Of a stretch of 56,189 nucleotides of DNA, positions 48,484 to 56,189 are shown one piece after another (positions within the stretch are counted from its first letter, which is position 1; each line of letters starts with the position of its first letter). The stretch lies in NCBI GenBank assembly GCA_003697015.1, contig RFGL01000092.1, forward strand, positions 1-56,189, written 5' to 3'. The notes under the pieces are model-generated. The model did not search any database. It had not been told where the DNA came from and saw nothing but the letters and a program-made list of their open reading frames with translations. The position numbers and the translations under genes were made by a program. The DNA is from Acidobacteriota bacterium. GTDB taxonomy: Bacteria > Acidobacteriota > Thermoanaerobaculia > Multivoradales > J023.

Positions 48484-48832
48484 GAAGCTCCTCCTTGCAG
48501 GCGCGCGGCCCGCCATCGGTGTTGGCGCTCGTCACTGCCAGATAACTGGCTTTGCGGAATCTCTGGTGGGATGGGGAGCAGGAAGCGTGCCAGCCGGCAC
48601 GAAACGGGCGGGATCTGCCCTCTTCAGCCGGCGCCGCCGAGCGCCGACGGCAGCGGGAAGGGCGGCTCCGGCGGCGCGCCGGCGCCGTCGCGCGAGAAGC
48701 CGACGGGGCGTCGCTCGCAGGTGGGCCGATGGCGGCGGTACGGGAGGGCGGACGCCGTCCGACATGTCAAAGGGCCGCGACGGACACCCGCCGGCGGCCG
48801 TGCCGGTCGCCCGCCGAGCGTAGAATGGGGGC

Positions 48833-51070
<2,238 letters not shown>

Positions 51071-51086
51071 GCGGGGGGGCGGGGCC

Positions 51087-51485
51087 TCAGGCGGCAGCGC
51101 GGGCGATCAGATCCTTGACCCGGCGCTCGATCTCGTCGCGGATCTGGCGGTAGGCGGGCGGCGGCAAGTCCCTCGGGTCGGGCAGGTCCCAGTCCTCGCG
51201 CTGGCGGGCGGGGACGAAGGGGCACGCGTCGCCGCAGCCCATGGTGATCAGGAAGTCGTAAGGCCCGGCGGGCACCGCGTCCAGGTCCTTCGAGCGATGC
51301 GCGGTCAGGTCGTAGCCGAGCTCGGCCATGGCGGCGACGGCGCGCGGGTTGATCGTCCCCGACGGCCGCGAGCCGGCGCTCCAGGCCTCCAGCATGCCCT
51401 TGCCGTGGATGCGGGCGAAGGCTTCCGCCAGCTGGCTGCGGTTGGCGTTCTCGGTGCAGACGAAGAGGACTCGTTTGGGCTTCAT
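51087..51485 (-). CDS. arsC: Arsenate reductase / low-molecular-weight phosphatase family
   Basis: MKPKRVLFVCTENANRSQLAE (CX5R), MGCGDACP, DWDLPDP. Confidence 0.85.
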   Translation of the reverse strand: MKPKRVLFVCTENANRSQLAEAFARIHGKGMLEAWSAGSRPSGTINPRAVAAMAELGYDLTAHRSKDLDAVPAGPYDFLITMGCGDACPFVPARQREDWDLPDPRDLPPPAYRQIRDEIERRVKDLIARAAA

Positions 51486-52390
51486 GGCGGCGGCTCCGCC
51501 GTCTCCTCCAGCACCTCCTCGGCCAGGATGCGCCAATCGTCGTCTTCCCAGATCAAGCGCAGGCGTTTGCGGGTGACGTCCTGGTAGGCGTCGGAGCGGT
51601 AGCGCTGGACGAAGGTCGCCTCGGCGCGGTCGATGCCGACGATGCTCGCCTGCAGGTCGTCGAGCACCACGTCGATGAATCGCGGCCGGCGCAAGCGCTG
51701 GCGGCGCTGCTCCTCCCACGCCGTCCGCGTGAGCCCCCCCGGCGGCCGGAAGTCGCGGGCGTAGAAGCTGAGGTAGTCGTCGACCCGCTGCGCCGACCAG
51801 GCGGCGGCCCAGGCACGCACCCGGGCGGTGAGGCCGGTGGACGGCGGCTCGGGGAGCGGCTCGCCGCGGCCGGGGACGACCGGCGGCGACGGCGGCCGGG
51901 AAACGCCGGCCGCCGGCCAGGCCGGTCCGCTCGTCTCCGCCGGCGGTTGAGCGCCCGCTGCCGGCGGCGCCAGGACCTCCCCCCGCTGCTGCCAGCGCCG
52001 CTCGAGCAGGCGCAGGACGGCGAGCTCGAGGCGCGGGTCGGCGGGCACCAGGCGTTCGGCGAGCTCGCCGAGCTCGCGTTCGTCCAAGGCCTCGAGATCG
52101 TCGGCCACACCGCCTTCGAGTGCCGCGAAACGCTCGGCGGGAAGGTCGAAGACGGCGCGGTCGCCGGCGGCGACGCCGGCGCCGGGGGGGAGGGCGAGGC
52201 CCAGGCGGGTGCCGTCGCTCACCACCGTGCCGCGGCCGACGGCGGTCCAGGTCCGGCCGCCGTCGCCGACCCGGTAGATGGTCGCTGCGTCCCCCGGTTG
52301 CAGCAGGGCGGTGGCGCCGTCGTCGAGGCGGGCGAGACCGCCGTCGAGGCTCAGGACGGTGGCGAGGATGGTGATCGTGCGGGCGAGCAT
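51482..52390 (-). CDS. Exported protein with C-terminal Csd6/Pgp2-type NTF2-like domain
   Basis: WAAAWSAQRVDDYLSFYARDF...FVQRYRSDAYQDVTRKRL...WRILAE matches the C-terminal domain of 54610..55644. Confidence 0.75.
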   Translation of the reverse strand: MLARTITILATVLSLDGGLARLDDGATALLQPGDAATIYRVGDGGRTWTAVGRGTVVSDGTRLGLALPPGAGVAAGDRAVFDLPAERFAALEGGVADDLEALDERELGELAERLVPADPRLELAVLRLLERRWQQRGEVLAPPAAGAQPPAETSGPAWPAAGVSRPPSPPVVPGRGEPLPEPPSTGLTARVRAWAAAWSAQRVDDYLSFYARDFRPPGGLTRTAWEEQRRQRLRRPRFIDVVLDDLQASIVGIDRAEATFVQRYRSDAYQDVTRKRLRLIWEDDDWRILAEEVLEETAEPPP

Positions 52391-52448
52391 GCGATCTTCC
52401 CTACGGCGTCTCCGACTCTATCGTCTACGGCGCCCTGGCGCCCGCTGG

Positions 52449-53486
52449 TCAGCGCCGCTCCAGGTCGACGACGATGCCCGGGTGATCGGAGATGGCCACC
52501 GGCTCGCCGATCAGCGCTTCGAGCTCGCCGGGACGCAGGGTCCAGGCGGCGTTCGCCACCTGCCAGGGCGAATCGCTCGCCGGGACGAAGACGTGGTCGA
52601 TGCCGCCGGGCAGGGCGTCCCGCAAGCCGTGGGCCTCGAAGGCCCGCGCTGCGGCGCTGGCGCTGGGTGCGTTGAGGTCCCCGGCGACCACCAGGGTCGC
52701 GGCCGGCGGCAGCCGTCGAGCCAGAAACTCCGCCTGCGCCGCGGCGGTTTGCAGATCCCCCGCCACCAGGTGGGTGGAGACCACGGTCAGGGTTTCGCCG
52801 GGTGCCACCTCCAGGGTGACGAAGAGCGCCACCCGGATCTCCCACCACGGCCGCCGCGGCGCCAGCACCACCCGTTGCGCCCGGCGGATCGGCAGCCGGC
52901 TGAGCACCGCGCTGCCCTCCTCGAAGCCGATCAGCCGGCGCGAGCCGTTGGCGCTGGCGAAGACCGCATCGAGGCCGAGCTCCTGACCGAGGCGGGCGGC
53001 GAGTTGGCCGTGGCCTGCCACCGACCAGGCTTCCTGCAATACCACCACCGTCGGCTCGAGGGCGGCGAGGGCCGCCGCCAGCTGGGCGTAGCGGGTCTCC
53101 TGATCGCGGAAGGCGGGGAAGCCGTGCAGAACGTTGACGTTGACCAGCCGCAGGGTGGAGGGTGGCGTCGCCGGCGTCGCTGCCCGCCGCTCGACGTGAA
53201 GCGGCCCGGAGGGCGGCAAGAAGACGGTGGTGACGAAGAGCAGGGCCGAGGCCACCAGGCCGCCGCCCAGCCAGCGCTCGCCGGCGACGCGGGACGGCGT
53301 CGCGGCCAGCCACAGGCCGGCCAGGACGCTGACCAGCAGCAGCGAGGCGAGGCCCCAGGGTGGCAGGTACGCCAGGCGGCCGGAGATCCACAGGACTGCG
53401 GCGGCGAGAAGACCGAAGACCAGCAGCCCGCGTCGAGCCCTCTGCCCTTGCGACGGCAGGGGCTGGAGCGAGCTGGGGGCGGGCAC
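52449..53486 (-). CDS. Membrane-anchored endonuclease/exonuclease/phosphatase-family protein
   Basis: GTG at 53486 with GAGGAG RBS; N-terminal TMs; NVLHG, LQEA, THL, AGDLN, IDHVF, SDH. Confidence 0.85.
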   Translation of the reverse strand: MPAPSSLQPLPSQGQRARRGLLVFGLLAAAVLWISGRLAYLPPWGLASLLLVSVLAGLWLAATPSRVAGERWLGGGLVASALLFVTTVFLPPSGPLHVERRAATPATPPSTLRLVNVNVLHGFPAFRDQETRYAQLAAALAALEPTVVVLQEAWSVAGHGQLAARLGQELGLDAVFASANGSRRLIGFEEGSAVLSRLPIRRAQRVVLAPRRPWWEIRVALFVTLEVAPGETLTVVSTHLVAGDLQTAAAQAEFLARRLPPAATLVVAGDLNAPSASAAARAFEAHGLRDALPGGIDHVFVPASDSPWQVANAAWTLRPGELEALIGEPVAISDHPGIVVDLERR

Positions 53487-53497
53487 CGGCCGGCTCC

Positions 53498-54397
53498 TCA
53501 GCCGCCCGGCGCCGCCAACGTCTGGGCCGGGGACGACGGGGCCTCCGGCAGGCGTTCCTTGAGCCAGCGCACCAGGTCGATCCAGATCCGCTTCTGCTCG
53601 CGCAGAGAGGGCATCGAGGTGGCGCTTTCCAGCTCGATGGTGACCACCGGGATCTCCTGGAAGAAGCCGGCGTAACGCCCCAGGGAGCCCGGGTAGGTGC
53701 CGAGCAGCTTGAGCTCGAGGGAGCCCAGTTTGCGCGGTGGATGGGGCGGTCCGTCGAAGTCGACGACGCTGTGGGGCGCGTGAACCGAGACGATCACGTC
53801 GGGCTGGAAGCGCTCGATCTGTTCCGCCAGCCAGCGGCTCTCGGGCTCGCTCAAGGCCGCCGGACCGGGGTAGCGCCGCGGGTTCTTGCCGGTGCGGCGT
53901 TCCCAATAGTCGCGGGTGGCGGCGAGCCAGTCTGGACAGGGAAAGTTGCGGTTGAGGTCGACGCCGTTGGCGTTCATCCGCGATCCCGGCCGCTGCAGCA
54001 AGCCGTCGGGGTTGAGGGCGGGGACGATGCGCCAGTGAAAAAGACCGCTGTGGAAACGGTTGAGGATTCCCATCCACTTGAAGACGATGCTCACCGACGA
54101 CAGCTCGTCGCCGTGGATGCCGCCGAACAGCAGCACCCGGCCGCGCGGTGGGCGAGCTTCGACCGGCGGATACTCCCGGGCCACGATCGGCAGGCCGGCC
54201 ACCGACCGGCCGTCGGTCGCCTGCAAGCCGATGCCGAGGCATTCGTCGAGGGAGACACTGGCCAAGCGGGCTGCGAAGCGCTCGCAACTCAGGCGCACCT
54301 CGTCGCTCGCCGTCGCCGTTGCAGCGCCCGGTGCCGGAACCTCCGAGCCGATCAACGCTCCGGCGGCGAGGAGCAGCACGTTTACCACTTCAAACAC
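53498..54397 (-). CDS. mpaA: Murein peptide amidase A-like M14 zinc carboxypeptidase
   Basis: GGIHGDE, NPDG, RMNANGVDLNRNFP, SEPE, SVHAP, YPGSLG, TIEL. Confidence 0.8.
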   Translation of the reverse strand: MFEVVNVLLLAAGALIGSEVPAPGAATATASDEVRLSCERFAARLASVSLDECLGIGLQATDGRSVAGLPIVAREYPPVEARPPRGRVLLFGGIHGDELSSVSIVFKWMGILNRFHSGLFHWRIVPALNPDGLLQRPGSRMNANGVDLNRNFPCPDWLAATRDYWERRTGKNPRRYPGPAALSEPESRWLAEQIERFQPDVIVSVHAPHSVVDFDGPPHPPRKLGSLELKLLGTYPGSLGRYAGFFQEIPVVTIELESATSMPSLREQKRIWIDLVRWLKERLPEAPSSPAQTLAAPGG

Positions 54398-54420
54398 AGC
54401 GCCGACACTATATCAATGGG

Positions 54421-54448
54421 AATCAACGGGATTGAATCAACGGGATTG
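54421..54448. promoter_or_regulatory. Tandem 14-bp AATCAACGGGATTG x2 between divergent cell-wall genes
   Basis: Exact duplication; each unit has internal AATC-N5-GATT symmetry; AT-rich context. Confidence 0.5.
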
Positions 54449-54609
54449 ACTTCGCTCGCCGTCGCCAACGCCTGCGGCGGGGCCGGACGTTGCCGCAGGC
54501 GGCGTCCGCGATTGTGCTATCGTTGCTCCATCCCCGGTTCGGGTCCGTGCGGACGCCCAGGCCGAGTGCCGCCGGGGCAGGGCTTCGCCGATCGATCCAA
54601 GGCCGACGT

Positions 54610-55644
54610 ATGCGACCCATGCTCAAGACGCTGGCACCCGCCTGGCACCTCGTGCTCGCGGTTGCCGTCGTGGTGCTCGCCTGGAGCCTGGCGGCAAGAA
54701 GCGCCGCCGACGGCGGGCAGCCGGAGGAGCCGGCGGCCAGCCCATCCGGCGCCGGCGGGCGGGCGCCGGTGCGGGAGCTCGGCGACGGCGTCGCGTCGCC
54801 GGCAGGCGGCGTGCGCCTTCCGGCCGGGCTGCTGCAACTGCCGCCGTCGGTCGACGCCGCCCTGGTGGTCGACCTGAGCCGCAACCGGATGTACGTCTAC
54901 AAGAACCACCGGCCGATCCCGCGGTTGGCCGCCGACCTCTACGTCTCGATCGGCAAGAACGGCAGTCACAAGGAGCGTGAGGGCGACGAAAAAACGCCGG
55001 TCGGGGTCTACTTCGTCACCGATTTCATCCCCGGCAGTCGCCTGCCCGAGCTCTACGGCGCCGGCGCTTTCCCGGTCGACTATCCCAACCTGTGGGATCG
55101 GCGGTTGGGTCGCACCGGCAGCGGCATCTGGATCCACGGCATGCCGGAAAGCATGATCACCCGTCCGCCGCGCTCCAGCCGCGGTTGCCTGACCCTGGCC
55201 AACGACGACTTCCGGGCCATCGCCAGATCGGTCGAGCCCGGCCGCACGCCGGTGGTGATCAGCGACCGCATCGAGTGGTTGTCGCCGGAAGCGATCGCCG
55301 TCCAGCGCAACGGCGTCCTGCGGGCGCAGGAAGCGTGGCGGCAGGCGTGGGAGAGCCTCGATACGGAACGCTACCTCTCCTTCTACGCCACCGACTTCCG
55401 CTCCGGCAACATGGACATCATCGCCTGGATTCGGCACAAGCGGCGGGTCAACGCGGCCAAGAGCTACATCCGCGTCGAGGTGTCGGATCTCGGCCTCTAC
55501 CGCTATCCCGGCGAAGACGACCTGGTGCTGCTCGACTTTCTCCAGACGTACCGCAGCAGCAACTACGACACCACCTCGCGCAAGCGCCAGCTCTGGCGGC
55601 TACGGCAGGGCCGCTGGCGAATCGTCCAAGAAGGGCGCGGCTGA
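54610..55644 (+). CDS. YkuD-family L,D-transpeptidase/carboxypeptidase with C-terminal NTF2-like domain (Csd6/Pgp2-like)
   Basis: EGDEKTPVGVY, YPNLWD, GSGIWIHG...SRGC catalytic motif, C-terminal WRQAWES...YLSFY...FLQTYRS. Confidence 0.88.
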   Translation: MRPMLKTLAPAWHLVLAVAVVVLAWSLAARSAADGGQPEEPAASPSGAGGRAPVRELGDGVASPAGGVRLPAGLLQLPPSVDAALVVDLSRNRMYVYKNHRPIPRLAADLYVSIGKNGSHKEREGDEKTPVGVYFVTDFIPGSRLPELYGAGAFPVDYPNLWDRRLGRTGSGIWIHGMPESMITRPPRSSRGCLTLANDDFRAIARSVEPGRTPVVISDRIEWLSPEAIAVQRNGVLRAQEAWRQAWESLDTERYLSFYATDFRSGNMDIIAWIRHKRRVNAAKSYIRVEVSDLGLYRYPGEDDLVLLDFLQTYRSSNYDTTSRKRQLWRLRQGRWRIVQEGRG

Positions 55645-55666
55645 GCTTCCCCTTCCCCTCCCTCAA

Positions 55667-56140
55667 AGGTCCCACCCTCTTCACAACTCCTTGCGGCTCA
55701 ATGAATTAGTGCTGCCCGTAAGGTGCCCCCCGGCCCGTGAGGTGCCCCTGAGGTTGCCCCTGACGTGGTTGCCCCGCCCCTGGCCCTGCCCCTGAGGTGC
55801 TGCCCCTGAGGTGCCACCCTCTTCGCTGCTGCCCCCTGAGGTGCCACCCTCTTCGCAAGTTGTTGCCCCCTTAGGTGCCCCTTAGGTGCGGTGCCCCTTA
55901 GGTGCTGCCCCCCTTAGGTGCCACCCTCTTCGCAAGTTGTTTCGAATGAGGTAGTTACTCGTGCTGGTTTGGATTGATTGTGACGTCAGACTTGACCGTA
56001 TGCCTCACGCCGTCCCTGCTGTGAGAGCCCAAGAGGTCCCCAAGGGTCGCGAGGTCTCCACTCCGAAGGTCCCACCCTCTTTGCGGCCACTCCCCATAAG
56101 GTCCCACCCTCTTCGCAACTCCTTACGCATCAACGAATTA
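55667..56140 (+). repeat. Cluster of six AGGT(G/C)CCACCCTCTT copies, many CCCCT(G/T)AGGTG stutters and three 25-bp imperfect palindromes
   Basis: Core at 55667, 55809, 55839, 55916, 56067 and 56099; same 12-mer as the transposase-flanking repeats. Confidence 0.9.
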
Positions 56141-56189
56141 CACCGAGATCCACCGATCTCCTCGCGGCCGGATCCCCTCCCATCCTCAC

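Noticed and set aside
53487-54287. N-terminal extension of the 612-aa EEP ORF
   Set aside because: Overlaps mpaA in another frame; a GTG start with RBS at 53486 fits better.

Overview
High-GC (about 70% by eye) bacterial chromosomal window. Gene content and style (TPR Ser/Thr kinases, ECF sigma factors, large NAD-GDH) suggest Acidobacteriota (Thermoanaerobaculia-like) or a myxobacterium; this is inference. Housekeeping genes (valS, gdhB-type GDH, serC, pdxH, SDR, Zn-ADH, arsC) and a peptidoglycan-remodelling cluster are interleaved with accessory modules. The strongest signal is an HUH/Y1 (RAYT-like) transposase at 25947-26882 plus a non-palindromic 12-bp core, AGGT(G/C)CCACCCT, found at four intergenic loci (about 25.7, 27.1, 32.4 and 55.7-56.1 kb). 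At each locus the core is locally amplified together with its own flanking DNA, giving stutters and a repeat-spacer array whose spacers resemble the neighbouring gene end. Other notable items: a 1938-aa apparently cytoplasmic kinase-NTPase-TPR protein with two fused family-5 solute-binding domains; an orphan MAD3/MAD4-like pair; a tandem ABC-ATPase pair in which one copy looks catalytically degenerate, upstream of a DUF4276 gene; an intact but apparently inactivated IS256-derived ORF; and a secreted protein with four near-identical 69-bp repeats. No rRNA, tRNA or true CRISPR-Cas was recognised. All family assignments are from motif recognition by eye, without database searches.
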